From contig CM059432.1 of assembly GCA_030390025.1 (NCBI GenBank), positions 7,254,001 to 7,318,000 on the forward strand: a DNA stretch of 64,000 nt. Reading direction: 5' to 3'. This DNA comes from Squalus acanthias (lineage: Eukaryota). How positions within the stretch are numbered: the stretch's first letter is position 1; every line of letters begins with the position of its first letter. Below, piece after piece: positions 13,610 through 26,418 of this stretch. The notes below the pieces were generated by a model. The model made no database searches, was not told where the DNA came from, and saw only the letters and a program-made list of their open reading frames with translations. Both the position numbers and the translations under genes were made by a program.

Positions 13610-14480
13610 TCGTTCATGGGATGTGGGCGTCGCTGGCAAGTCCAGCATTTATTGCCCATCCCTAATTGCCCTTGAGAAGGTGGTGGTGAGCCGCCTTCTT
13701 GAACCGCTGCAGTCCTTGTGGTGAAGGTACTCCCACAGTGCTGTTAGGGAGGGAGTTCCAGGATTTTGACCCAGCGACGATGAAGGATCGGCCGATATAC
13801 TTCCAAGTCAGGATGGTGTGTGACTTGGAGGGGAACTTGGAGGTGGTGGTGTTCCCATGCGCCTGCTGCCCTTGTCCTTCTAGGTGGAAGAGGTCGCAGG
13901 TTTGGGAGGTGCTGTTGAAGAAGCCTTGGCGAGTTGCTGCAGTGCATCTTGTAGATGGTACACACTGCAGACACGGTACGCCGGTGGTGGAGGGAGTGAA
14001 TGTTTAAGGTGGTGGATGGGGTGCCAATCAAGCGGGCTGCTTTGTCCTGGATGGTGTCGAACTTCTTGAGTGTTGTTGGAGCTGCACTCACCCAGACACG
14101 TGGAGAGTATTCCATCACACTCCTTACTTGTGCCTTGTGGATGGTGGAAAGGCTTTGGGGAGTCAAGAGGTGATTCACTCGCCGCAGAATACCCAGCCTC
14201 TGACCTGCTCTTGTAGCCACAATATTTATGTGGCTGGTCCAGTTAAGTTTCCAGTCAATGGTGACCCCCAGGATGTTGATGGTGGGAGAATCGAAGATGG
14301 TAATGCCGGTGAATGTCATGGGGCGGTGGTTGGACTCTCTCTTGTTGGAGATGGTCATTGCCTGACACTTGTGTGGTGCGAATGTTACCTGCCACTTATC
14401 AGCCTAAGCCTGAATGTTGTCCAGGTCTTGCTGCTTGCAGGCATGGACTGCTTCATTTTCTGAGGAGTTGCGAATGGAAC
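13610..14480 (-). mobile_element. Crack-like LINE, 3' ~870 bp
   Basis: ORF 13744-14358 ILGVTID...RAGQRLGILRR...KAQVRSVMEYSP (RT thumb/C-terminus). Confidence 0.88.
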
Positions 14481-14822
14481 GTAGATACGATACGCCCAAA
14501 TTTCCGCACTCTTTTACGCCCGCTATTGATCCCTGCGCCTCATTATAATGGCTCCGCCCCCAGGCTAAAGACCCGTACACGCGAATTTCCTGCATTTACG
14601 CCGGTTCAAAACAGGTGTAAAATTAAGCCCAGAGTTTTGGGCGCAGCGGGAAACAATCATTTTTCGGTGTTGTATTGCGATTCTTTGAAGATTTAAAACA
14701 AAATTATCCTTACTGGGACATGCACTGCCTTTTCTGTTTCTTTGAATACATTTTTTATGGCATCAGTATCAGTCACATTAAAAATTGAAAAGCTTCCGCG
14801 ATTCATGCTCTTAAACAATGCT

Positions 14823-15598
14823 GGCCCAGATTTTGCGGTCAGCGGTGAAGGAACGGCGCTCGCCGTTCACCTCTCTGACAGCTGCCCACAGAGTTTTTAT
14901 GGGCTTCTAGAGTGGAGACGTACTCTAATCCAGCGTCCGATCCAGCGCGGCGCCCTCTACAGGGGATCTGTGGCATCTGTGGACAGGGAAGGAACAGCGA
15001 GGCTCTTCAACCAATCAGATTGAGGAATCCTCACTGAGACACGCAGAGTCAAAACCAGGAAGTATAAAGCAGGAAGTATAAATTAGATTTAAATCATGTG
15101 CAGAAAGCAAAATAAAGATGGGGAAATACAGATGGGATTAAGGGAGAGAGATAATAGAGACGGACAGAAAATGTAAAAAATAATTTTTATTTTTATTAAA
15201 TCTCCGACAGTAAGTATCCGGAGGGAATGAAACTCCACACTTGTAAAATTAATTTTTCAGGGCCAGAGACCTTGTTTGGAAGTAATTATCAAGCCATTAA
15301 AAATTCACTTACTCCTGAATGCACCGGTCCTAACTTTTTCAGCTGTTTTTAGTGGGGAAGTAGTGGGCAATACAGCAACTTCACGCCATTGCTGTGATTT
15401 CCGTGCCGAGTCTCTCAGTGAGGACTGCACCAGCGCGCCCTGTGGAGGAGCGGGGTATCTCTGACAGCAACTTCCAGATCTCCGCGTTTAATGGCGCATG
15501 TGCGGTCTCCGGAAGTTGCTGTCCGATTTACCCCGTTATAACGGTGAGCGCTCACAGCCTCGCCATTATTATTACAGCAAAATGCGATCCGGTGGGCC
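14823..15598. mobile_element. Probable MITE (left TIR ggcccagattttgc)
   Basis: Degenerate right TIR gcaaaat...gggcc; GC-rich ends and AT-rich core like the other MITEs. Confidence 0.5.
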
Positions 15599-15869
15599 GA
15601 ACGTGCATGAATGATGATTAGGCTTCTAACTTCAGTTTTCATACTTAAAGAAGAAATATCTGGGGTGAATTTGACACTTTCTCAGGGCCCTGATTGCTTA
15701 CACTGATTTCCGCTGGCACGCACCTATTTTTATGTTCCGCCGTATGTTAATGAGATTGGCAGGAAATGTGGGTGAAAATAGTCACGAGCAAATGGACCCA
15801 TGACTACACGTAATTCCAGGTGCAACTTCTCGATTAGGCCCCCACAGGAAATTCCACCCAACGGTGTGA

Positions 15870-17120
15870 AACAACCCATGACATTCAACGGTATTACCAT
15901 CACCAAATCCCCCACCATCAACATCCTGGGGGTCACCATTGACCAGAAACTTAACTGGACCAGCCACATAAATACTGTGGCTACAAGAGCAGGTCAGAGG
16001 CTAGGTATTCTGCGGTGAGTGTCTCACCTCCTGACTCCCCAAAGCCTTTCCACCATCTACAAGGCACAAGTCAGGAGTGTGATGGAATACTCTCCACTTG
16101 CCTGGATGAGTGCAGCTCCAACAACACTCAAGAAGCTCGACACCATCCAGGACAAAGCAGCCCGCCTGATTGGCACCCCATCCACCACCTTAAACATTCA
16201 CTCCCTCCACCACCGGCGCACCGTGGCTGCAGTGTGTATCATCTACAAGATGCACTGTAGCAACTCGCCAAGGCTTCTTCGACAGCACCTCCCAAACCTG
16301 CGACCTCTTCCTCCTCTTCTCCCCTTCTTAGACGGAACCGAGGATGACTTGCTTCCACATTTAAAATGAGTTCTCAGGTGACTGATGAGTCCAATGCGGG
16401 ACCTACAGTCTCTATCACAGGTGGGGCAGACAGTGGTTGAAGGGGCGGGCGGGTGGGGTGCTTGGGTTGACGTGCGCTCCTTCCGCTGTTTGCACTTGGC
16501 TTCCGCTTGCTCCCGGCGAAGAGACTTGAGGTGATCGGTGCCTTCTCGGATGCTTTTCCTCCACTTTGTGTGGTCTTGGGCCAGGGATTCCCAGGTATCG
16601 GTGGGGATGTTACACTTTTTCAAGGAGGCTTTGAGGGTGTCCTTGAAACGTTTCCTCTGCCCACCTGGGGCTCTCTTGCCGTGTCGGAGCTCCGAGTAGA
16701 GCGCTTGTTTTGGGAGTCTCGTATCGGGCATGCGGACAATGTGACCCGTCCATCGGAGCTGATCGAGCGTGGTCAAAGCTTCGATGCTGGGGATGTTGGC
16801 CTGAGCGGGAACACTGACGTTGGTGCGCCTATCCTGCCAATGGATTTGCAGGGCAGCAGGCGCATGGGAACACCACCACCTCCAAGTTCCCCTCCAAGTC
16901 ACACACCATCCTGACTTAGAAGTATATCGGGCCGATCCTTCATCGTCACTGGGTCAAAATCCTGGAACTCCCTCCCTAACAGCACTGTGGGAGCACCTTC
17001 ACCGCACGGACTGCAGCGGTTCAAGAAGGCGGCTCACCACCACCTTCACAAGGGCAACTAGGGATGGAAAATGAATGCTGGCCTTGCCAGTGACGCCCAC
17101 ATCCCATAAAACTAATAAAA
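15870..17120 (+). mobile_element. Crack-like LINE 3' fragment interrupted by RTE
   Basis: ORFs 15800-16018 and 16019-16369; element resumes at ~16850. Confidence 0.85.
16312..16850 (-). mobile_element. RTE (BovB-group) LINE 3' fragment
   Basis: LRWTGHIVRMPDTRLPKQALYSEL...GGQRKRFKDTLK...CPTCDRDCRSRIGLISHLRTH. Confidence 0.9.
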
Positions 17121-17464
17121 AAAACCCCGAGACTGTGTGAGTCCCAGAAATAGCCCGTCATATCTCAGCTGCTAAGGCACCGACGCAGTTAAATCACAGT
17201 CAGCATAGATGTAGATTAATCCTGCTGGCATCATTAACGGAGTAGATTGCTGCAAATTAACTATTCAATCTTAGAATGATACAGCACAGAAGGAGGCCAT
17301 CTGGCCCATCATGCCCGTGCCGGCTCTTTGAAAGAGCTCTCCAATTAATCCCACTCCCCCCCTGCTCTTTCCCCTTGGCCCTGCAAAAACTTTCTCTCCT
17401 TCAACGATGCATCATCCATTATTAGTTTGGCTCTCGAGCCATTAGAACTCTGATTGCTGTATAA

Positions 17465-17790
17465 GTTATTTCCCTTGGCAGAGCGGTCAATAACCAGGGG
17501 GCAGAGATTTAAAGTAATTGGTAGCAGGATTAGAGGGGAGTTGAGGAGAACTTTTTTCACCCAGAGGGTGGTGGTGGGTCTGGAACTCACTGCCTGAAAG
17601 GGTGGTAGAGGCAGAAACCCTCATCGCATTTAAAAAGTACTTGGATATGCACTCGAAGTGCTGCAACCGACAAGGCTACGGACCAAGAGCTGGAAAGTGG
17701 GCTTAGGCTGGATAGCTCTTTTTTCGGCCGGCACAGCCGGAGTGGGCCGAATGGCCTCCTTATGTGCTGTAAATTTCTATGATTCTATGA
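17465..17790 (+). mobile_element. CR1 3' end
   Basis: Same subfamily as 31288, 39110 and 48400; ttctatga tail. Confidence 0.8.
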
Positions 17791-18444
17791 TAACGTGGAG
17801 CAGACAGTCCTGTCATTGCGTTAATCTGTTTACTGAGCTCAGACTGCTCACCATGGGATAGGCCAGCCCATTGACCATGTCCAGAGACCTCACGCAATGG
17901 CCCCACAGGTAGCTGGGCCACACAGAGCTAGGTGACCCCAAGCTCAAACTACAATACGTGCTGAGTTACTCAGCTGAGGTGGGACTCCAGCCCCTACAAT
18001 TTGGTCTTGGTGTTCTTAAAGAGTGACTTACACTTCAAAAGCAATTCATTGGCTGTGATGCTTCGATTCTGCCAATCAACTGTGCTAGACTTATCTGAAT
18101 GATATATTACTTAGAAATTACAGTATGGAATCAGGCCATTCGGTCCAACTGCTCCATGCCGGTGTTTATGCTCCACACGAGCCTCCTCCCACCCCTACTT
18201 CATCTCACCCTATCAGCATATCCTTCTATTCCTTTCTCCCTCATGTGCTTATCCAGCTTCCCCTTAAATGCATCTATACTATTCGCCTTAACCATACCAT
18301 GTGGTAAAGAAGTTTCTCCTGAATTCTTTATTGGATTTATTAGTGACCAGGTTATATTTATGGCCCCTAGTTGTTAACAAGTGGAAACATCTTTTCTCCA
18401 TCTGAAGGTGAAGGGTAAAAGGCTCAACATATATATACACTTGA

Positions 18445-18860
18445 TTGGCATCCCATCCACCACCTTAAACATTCACTCCCTCCACCACCAGCGTACCGTG
18501 GCTGCAGTGTATACCATCTACAAGATGCACTGCAGCAACTCGCCAAGGCTTCTTTGACTGCACCTCCCAAACCCACGACCTCTATCTCCTAGAAGGACAA
18601 GGGCAGCAGGCGCATGGGAACACCACCACCTCCAAGTTCCCCTCTGAGTCACACACCATCCTGACTTGGAAATATATTGCTGTTCCTTCATCGTCGATGG
18701 GTCAAAATCCAGGAACTCCCTCCCTAACAGCGCTGTGGGAGCACCTTCACCACACGGACTGCAGCGGTTCAAGGCGGCTCACCACCACCTTCTCCAGGGC
18801 AATTAGGGATGGGCAATAAATGCTGGCCTTGCCAGCGATGCCCACATCCCATGAGTGAAT
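18445..18860 (+). mobile_element. Crack-like LINE 3' fragment
   Basis: Similar to the other copies. Confidence 0.82.
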
Positions 18861-19164
18861 ACAAAAAAAAATATGCATTTCTGTTGTCTTTCTTCCTTTT
18901 ATGTTCATCAATGGAAATAAAGCTTGTACCAAATGATATATTTCCCCACTCCAGCTGGTACTTCAAATGATGTTTTAATCACGAGCAGTAACAGCAGAAA
19001 TGCAATGCAGCATTAAAGTCATTGAGTTGAGCTGTAACATGGAGAGTAATATTTTCAATCTGGCACTGACTTGCTGTAAAATGAGTGAAAATCAGAATCG
19101 AGCCATTAATATTTTGTAAAATTCAATTTTCCAAAATTACAATCCCTTTATAAGATAGTTACGA

Positions 19165-19555
19165 ATTTAGGGAAGAGAAGGTTAAGCGGAGATTTAATAG
19201 AGGTGTTCAAAGTTACAAAGCGTTTCAGTAGAGTAAATAAGGAGAGACTGTTTCCAGTGGCAGGAGGGTCGGTAACCAGAGGACACCGATTTAAGATAAT
19301 TGGCAAAAGAACCCGAGGGGAAGATGAGGAGCAATTGTTTTTTAGGCAGCGAGTTGTTATGATCTGGAATGCGCTTCCTGAAACGGTGGTGGAAGCAGAT
19401 TCAATAGTAACTTTCAAAAGGACAATTACTTGAACAGGAAACATTTTCAGAGCTCTGGGGAAAGAGCAGGGGGGAGTGGGACTAATTGGAGAGCTCTTTC
19501 AACGAGCCAGCAGACACGATGGGCCGAATGGCCTCCTTCTGTGCTGTGAGATTCG
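19165..19555 (+). mobile_element. CR1 3' fragment
   Basis: ERLFPVAGGSVTRGHRFKI...QRVVMIWNALP. Confidence 0.82.
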
Positions 19556-19979
19556 ATGGTTCCCTGGGAATAAGGTACTGATGTTCAATGAGCTGCGACA
19601 AGGAGCTGCAGGAATCATTTTCAATTTAAAAAAAAATCTGAAGCGCTTTGTAAAGGTGAAAAATCAAAATAATTTTTCAGTCACCATTTTCAGAGAAATA
19701 GGCGGTCTCTCATTAATTTTGTAAAAAAGTACGCTGGCGTCTTTACCTAAAGTGCCATGCTGACATTATTTCAACGGTCTAAATCAGTGTGTGGAGCTTG
19801 GGGCTCAGACAAGATTCTATTTCAATTTTCAGCTGTAATTTGCTGTTTAAAATGAGTAATTACAGAACTTCTACAACAAGCTGGAATTCTCGCTTTTAAA
19901 AGGAGCTGTGTTGTCCTGGAGGGTAAGGGATTGATTGCAATAATGTCTTGGAACAACCATAAAGTGCAATTTTTTGATA

Positions 19980-20578
19980 TAGAATTACATCGGATATATG
20001 GCACCGAAACAGGCCATTCGGCCCAACCAGTCCATGCCGGTGTTTATGCTCCACTTGAGCCTCCTCCCGTCTTTCCTCATCTCACTCTCTCAGCATAACC
20101 CTCTATTCCCTTCTCCCTGATGTGTTTATCTAGCCTCCCCTTAAATGCATCTGTACTATTTGCTTCAACCACTCCCTGTGGTAGCGAGTTCCACTTTCTC
20201 ACCACTCTCTGGGTAAAGAAGTTTCTTCTGAATTCCCTATTGGATTTCTTGGTGACTATCTTATATTGAAGGCCTCTAGTTATGCTCTTCCCCACAAGTG
20301 GAAACATTCTCTCTGTATCCACTCTATCAAAACCTTTCATAATTTTAAAGACCTCTATTAGGTCACCCCTCAGCCTTCTCTTGAAAAAGGAGATCTAACC
20401 TGTTCCTGATAGGTACACCCTCACAGTTCTGGTATCATCCTAGTAAATCTTCTCTGCACCCTCTCCAATGCCTCTACATCCTTTTTATAATATGGCGACC
20501 AGAACTGTACGCAGTACTCCAAGTGTGGTCCAACCAAGGATCGATACAAGTTTAGCAGAACTTCACTACTTCTCAATT
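19980..20578 (-). mobile_element. CR1 3' fragment
   Basis: LYRSLVGPHLEYCVQFWSP...RRNFFTQRVV. Confidence 0.88.
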
Positions 20579-21413
20579 CCATCTTTTGAATTTTGATTGT
20601 CTTTCTTCCTTTTAAGTGTATCAATGTTTACAAAGCTTGTATCCGTTGGTACAAAACAAGTTGAGGGATGAACTATCAGGCCAGAATTTTGAAGTTTAGA
20701 CCTCCCGGGAGTGGGGGACGGGGTGGCTGGTATAACGGGGGATACCCGGATGTCCGGGTTTCCCCGCACGCTGTCCTCATCTCGCTGCAGCTGCCAGGAA
20801 TCTCGAGGCCCGGAATCCCTGACCAGCCACAGTTAAACCTGCACAGCCTGGTTAAATCAGAGGCTTCCAGCCTCATTATAATATTTAAAGTTATAATATA
20901 TATAACTGCCCGCCCCCCCGTCCCGCCTCCGTTACACCCAGAAGTAGGCGGGTTGAGTCGGGATTCACATTTTGTAACACTTTAACCTCCCACCCGACCC
21001 CAACCCGCCCGTTTTTTGGGGTTAAAATTCCCCCCTCTGTTTCTAATAATATCTGATTGTGGCACTCGAGCGTCTGTTATACACAATGAGTGACTTCCTT
21101 CTTATGATCTTATCAGATGGAGTTACTTACAGGAGTAAGCAAAATTCTGCAGTTTCTTTTTTAAGATGATAGAGTAAATAAGGAGAAAGTGTTTCCACGT
21201 CACAGGACAGCAGGTAGGTGATTGGTTGGTGAGTATTACAGCTCTTTTGCTCACTCAATTAGGTAAGTGGATTAAATTCAGAACTGGGAGAGTATTAACT
21301 ACTATAACTTAATTGAATTAATAACTTAAACTAAATTAACAAATTAAAATTAAAAATAATCGTTTGAATAAAAACTGTAACTAAATATATAAATAAAATA
21401 CGGTTAGATAGAG

Positions 21414-22350
21414 ATGGCAGTGCAGGTGGTGTGTCGTAACTGCAGCATGTGGGAGTTGGTGGAGACCAACGAGATCCCGAGCAACCACATCTGCGGTAAG
21501 TGGCTGCAGCTCGAGGAACTTCGGTTCAGAGTTGTTGAGCTGGAGTCCGAGCTGCAGACATTGCGGGGCATCAGGGAAGGGGAGAGTTACCTGGACACTT
21601 TGTTCTAGGAGGCAGCCATACCCCTTAGGCTAAGTAGTACTTTAGAATTAGTCAATGGTCAGGGACAGCAGGGTGTGACTGCGAGTCAGGCAGGGATGGG
21701 GACCCAGGACATAGTGATGGAGGAGCCTCAGCCCTTGACCTTGTCCAACAGGTATGAGGTGCTTACTATCTGTATGAATGAGAACAAGGACTGCAGGGAG
21801 GATGGGAAAACTGACCATGGCACCATGATGCAGGAGGCCATTCAAGTGGGGGGGGAGTGAAAGGGAATCTATTTGTGGTAGGTGACAGTATAGTCAGGGG
21901 GATAGATACGGTTCTCTGTAGCTACAACAGGGAGTACCGAAGGCAGTGTTGCCTGCCCAGTGCCAGGGTTAAAGACATCTCCTTGTGGCTGGAGAAGAAC
22001 TTGGAGTGGGAAGGGGAAGATCCAGTTGTCGTGGTCCACGTAGGAACCAACGACATAGGTAGAACTAGGAATGAGGTTCTGCTGAGGAAGTTTGAGGAAC
22101 TAGGATCCAAATTAAAAAGCAGAACCTCAAAGGTAATAATCTCTGGATTGTTACCTGAGCCACGCGCCAACTAGCATAGGGATAAGCAGATTAGAAGGTT
22201 AAATGCGTGGCTGAAAGAGTGGTGTGGGAGGCAGGGGTTTCGCTTCATGGGCCACTGGCACCAGTACTGGGGAAAGAGGGAGCTCTTCTGTTGGGACGGG
22301 CTCCAATTAAACTGGGCTGGAATAACTAGGGCAGTAGACAGGGCTTTAAA
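21414..22350 (+). pseudogene. CR1 ORF1 (zinc-finger/leucine zipper plus esterase), disrupted
   Basis: ORF pieces 21414-21608, 21675-21860 and 21857-22174 separated by stops and frameshifts. Confidence 0.85.
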
Positions 22351-22580
22351 CTAATGAAGGGGGGGGTGGGAGGATTCAGGAAAGAATAAATTTAAAAACA
22401 GCAAGGGAAATGTCGAGGCTCGAGAGCAGAGCAGAGTGGGTCAGGAAGGGACAGAGAGAGTAACAAAGGTAATAGAGCATCAGTGACTAAGGTGACATCA
22501 GGGAAAAATAGAAATAAGTCAAAGCTAAAGGCATTATATCTGAATGCATGAAGCATTCGCAACAAAATAGATGAATTAAT

Positions 22581-23066
22581 AGCCCGAAAATTAGACCTAA
22601 TACGCGAGAGTACGCACTGTGTACTCTCGCGTATTAGGTCCCGAATTGCCGGTTTCCTGCATGCACTGCGCATGCGCGGGAAACCGGCACTTCGTGTATT
22701 GCAAAGGGGGCGGTTCCTAAGTGAACCGCGTGCGCGCTACAGGCTGTGCGCACGCAGTGCACTTAGTTTTTTTTTCAGGTTTGAACGCGCAGGTAAGTGG
22801 TGAAGATTTTACACATAAAGAAAGCAGGCGTAGGACCCCCTTTTAACAAGGTAAGTAGTTAATTAAGTGTTATTTTAAATTGTTTTCAACAGGTTTATCT
22901 TTTTTAGAGACTTTAAAGAAAGGTAAGTTTATTTTTATAACTTTTAAAAAGAATTTAAATTTTTTCCAAAATTTAATTTTTTGTTTAAAGTGGTTAATTT
23001 ATTTAACTATAGTTATTTTATTAATCCTTACCCCCGTGGCAACCATCGATGTTTAATTTCTGGGCC
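22581..23066 (+). mobile_element. MITE family A copy 1 (internally deleted), TSD aat
   Basis: TIR agcccgaaaatt/aatttctgggcc; interrupts CR1 ORF2; homologous to 32150 and 57313. Confidence 0.88.
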
Positions 23067-23627
23067 AATAACGCAGATAGAAATTAATAGGTTTGATCTA
23101 GTAGTCATTACGGAGACGTGGTTGCAAAGTGACCAAGGTTGGGAACTAATTATTCCAGGATACTTAACTTTTAGAAGAGATAGGCAAAATGGAAAAGGAG
23201 GAGGGGCAGCCCTGATAATAAAGGATGGGATAAAGACAGTAGAGAGAAAGGATCTTGGCTTAGAAAATCAAGAAGTAGAATCAGTTTGGGTGGAGCTAAG
23301 AAACAGCAAGAGGCAGACAACATTGGTGGGAGTTGTTTATAGGCCCCCAAACAGTAGTTGTAATGTGGGGCAGAGTATAAATCAATCAATTAGAGACGCA
23401 TGTAATAAAGGTAATACAGTAATCGGGGGGACTTTAATCTACATATAGACTGGGCAAACCAAATTTGCAGTAATAATGTGGAGGACGAGTTCATGGAATG
23501 TATACAAGATAGATTTCGAGATCAGTATGTTGAGGAACCAACTAGGGAACAGGCTATTTTAGATCTAGTATTGTGCAATGAGAAAGGGTTAATTAATAAC
23601 CTTGTAGTAAAGGGGCCTTTAGGGAAG

Positions 23628-25830
23628 AACATAAGAACATAAGAAATAGGAGCAGGATTGGCCATTCGGCCCCTCGAGCCTACTCTGCCATTCAATAAGA
23701 TCATGGGCTTATCTGATCTTGGCCTCAACTCCACTTTCCTGCCCGCTCCCCATAACACTTGACTCCCCTGTTTTTCAAAAATCTCTCTATCTCTGCCTTG
23801 AATATATCCAATGACCCAGCCTGCACAGCTCTCTGGGGTAGAGAATTCCAAAGATTCATGACCCTCTGAGAGAAGAAATTCCTCCTCAACTCCGTTTTAA
23901 ATGGGCAACCCCTTATTCTGAATCTATGCCCCCTAGTTCTAGATTCCCCTATGAGGAGAAGCATCCTCTCAGCATCTACCCTGCCAAGCGGGTATGGAGG
24001 CGGGACTGCCGGGAAAATGGCAGAAACTGGGAGTGGCATCTTCTCGGGAGGCGGGTCCCCGAGTCGCGCAGGGACCCGTCTCCTCGAGGCAGGAAGGGGA
24101 TTAGAGCTAATTAACTGCCTGTTAACAGGTAGTTAACAGGCAGTTTTGAGGCTTTTCCCCATTTTACCCCTGCAATTGTGGGCTTCCCGATGGCTGCGAA
24201 CCTCGCCAGGGTCAACGAGGCGAGCAGTGGGTCTGCGGGGGTGAGAGGGGTCGAAATGACAGCTGTAGAGGTGAGTGATGGGTGCAAGTGTGGACAGGTA
24301 AGTATGAGAGGTGAGTGTAAAGTGTTGGAAAAAGTTTACTTACCTTTGTTTCTTCCTGCAGGCTTCAACCTTTGGGGATCCGGAGGTGCCTCATCTCAAC
24401 GGCAGAGATGACAGAATGGCTGCTGCATTCTCAGATGCAGCAGCCATCTGCTTTCTGCTGAGGAGAGCGGTTTGGGTGAGCCTTCGCTGCAAGGGCTCAC
24501 CTTAGAACAGAGATTGTCAGTGTCTGACAGCCTCGCAAAGCTGCCAAACGCTGATAATTCATCTGTCAAAATGTTTTCGACAGATGAAGCGTCATACGCT
24601 GACGTCATCTGTCACCGGCTTTCCCTTGATTGGCCGGTAAACCCGCAGGGCGGACTTAACAAGGTCAATTAAGGGAAAATAGCATGGGTTGGTCAGACGT
24701 CGCTGGGGGCGGGACTAAAATCCGAAAACCAGCAGTCCCGCCCCCAACGCGCCTTCATTGACAAAATCCAGCCCTTTGTGTCCTCCTCACAACTTACATT
24801 TCCACCTATCTTTGTATCATCAGCAAATTTGGCAACAGTACACACGGTACCTTCATCCAATTCATGAATATAGATTGTAAATAGTTGAGGCCCCAGCACT
24901 GACTCCTGTGGCACCCCACTAGTTACAGTTTGCCAACATGAAAATTACCCATTTATCCCAACTCTCTGTTTTCTGTTAGTTAGCCAATCCTCCATCCATG
25001 CTAATATATTACCCCCAAATCCATGAGCTCTTATCTTGTGCAGTAACCTTTTATGTGGCACCTTATTGAATGCTTTCTGGAAATCCAAATACACCACATT
25101 TACTGGTTCCCCTTTATCCACCCTGCTCGTTACATCCTCAAAGAACTCTTGTAAATTTGTCAAACACGATTTCCCTTTCACAAAACCACGTTGACTCTGT
25201 TTGATTGTATTATGATTTTCTAAATGTACTGCTACTATTTCCTTAATAATGGATTCCAGCATTTTTCCAATGACAGATGTTAGGCTAACTATAGTTTCCT
25301 GCTTTCTGTCTCCCTCCTTTCTTGAATAGGGGTGTTACATTTATGGTTTTCCAATCCGCTGGGACCTTTCCAGAATCCAGGGAATCTTGTTAGATTACAA
25401 CCAATGCATCCACTATCTCTGCAACCACTTCTTTTAAGACCCTAGGATGTAGGCCATCAGGTCCAGGGGACTTGTCAGCCTTTAGTCCCATTAGTTTGCC
25501 AAGCACTTTTTCTCTAGTGATAGTGATTGTTTTAAGTTCCTCCCTCCTTTTGCCCCTTGATTATCTACTATTATTGGGATGCTTTTAGTGTCTTCTACCG
25601 TGAAGACAGATACAAAATATTTGTTCAAAGTCTCTGCCATTTCCCTGTTTCCCATTATTAATTCCCATTATTAATTCCCCAGTCTCATCCTCTAAGGTGC
25701 GAACGTTTACTTTAGCTACTCTCTTCCTTTTTATATACCTGTAGAAGCTCTTATTGTCTTTTTTTATATTTCTTGCTAGTTTACTCTCATAATCTATCTT
25801 CTTCCTCTTTATTATTTTTTTAGTCATCCA
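23628..25830 (-). mobile_element. Antisense CR1 inserted into the large CR1, itself interrupted by a MITE
   Basis: 3' end at 23628-23985 and RT at 24775-25830. The host CR1 resumes at cataatatgatagaatttt. Confidence 0.85.
23985..24774. mobile_element. MITE (GGGCTGGATTTT family), left TIR lost
   Basis: Colinear with 58644-59490; right TIR aaaatccagccc. Confidence 0.8.
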
Positions 25831-26418
25831 TAATATGATAGAATTTTATATTGAGTTTGAAAGTGATTAAGTTAAGTCTGAAACTAGGGTCTTAAGTCTA
25901 AACAAAGCAAAATACGTAGGTATGAGGGGCGAGTTGGCTATGGTAGATTGGGAAACTACATTAAAAGGTATGACAGTAGAGAAGCAATGGCTAGCATTTA
26001 AAGAATGAATTTATAATTTACAACAAATATACATTCCTTTAAGGCACAAAAACCCCACAGGAAAAGTGGTCCAACCGTGGCTAACAAGAGAAGTTAAAGA
26101 TAGTATTAGATCAAAGGAAGAGGCTTATAATGTTGCCAAAAAGAGTAGTAAGCCTGAGGATTGAGAGGATTTTAGAATTCTGCAAAGGAGGACCAAGAAA
26201 TTGATAAGGAAAGAGAAAAAAGAATATGAGAGTAAATTAGCAAGAGACGCAAAAACAGATTGTAAACGTTTCTATAGGTATGTAAGTAGGAAGAGATTAG
26301 TGAAAGTAAACGTGGGCCCATTAGAGGCAGAGACAGGAGAAATTATAATGGGCAATAAGGAAATGGCAGAGACATTAAACAAATCACAGTAGAAGACACA
26401 AAAAACATTCCGGAAATA

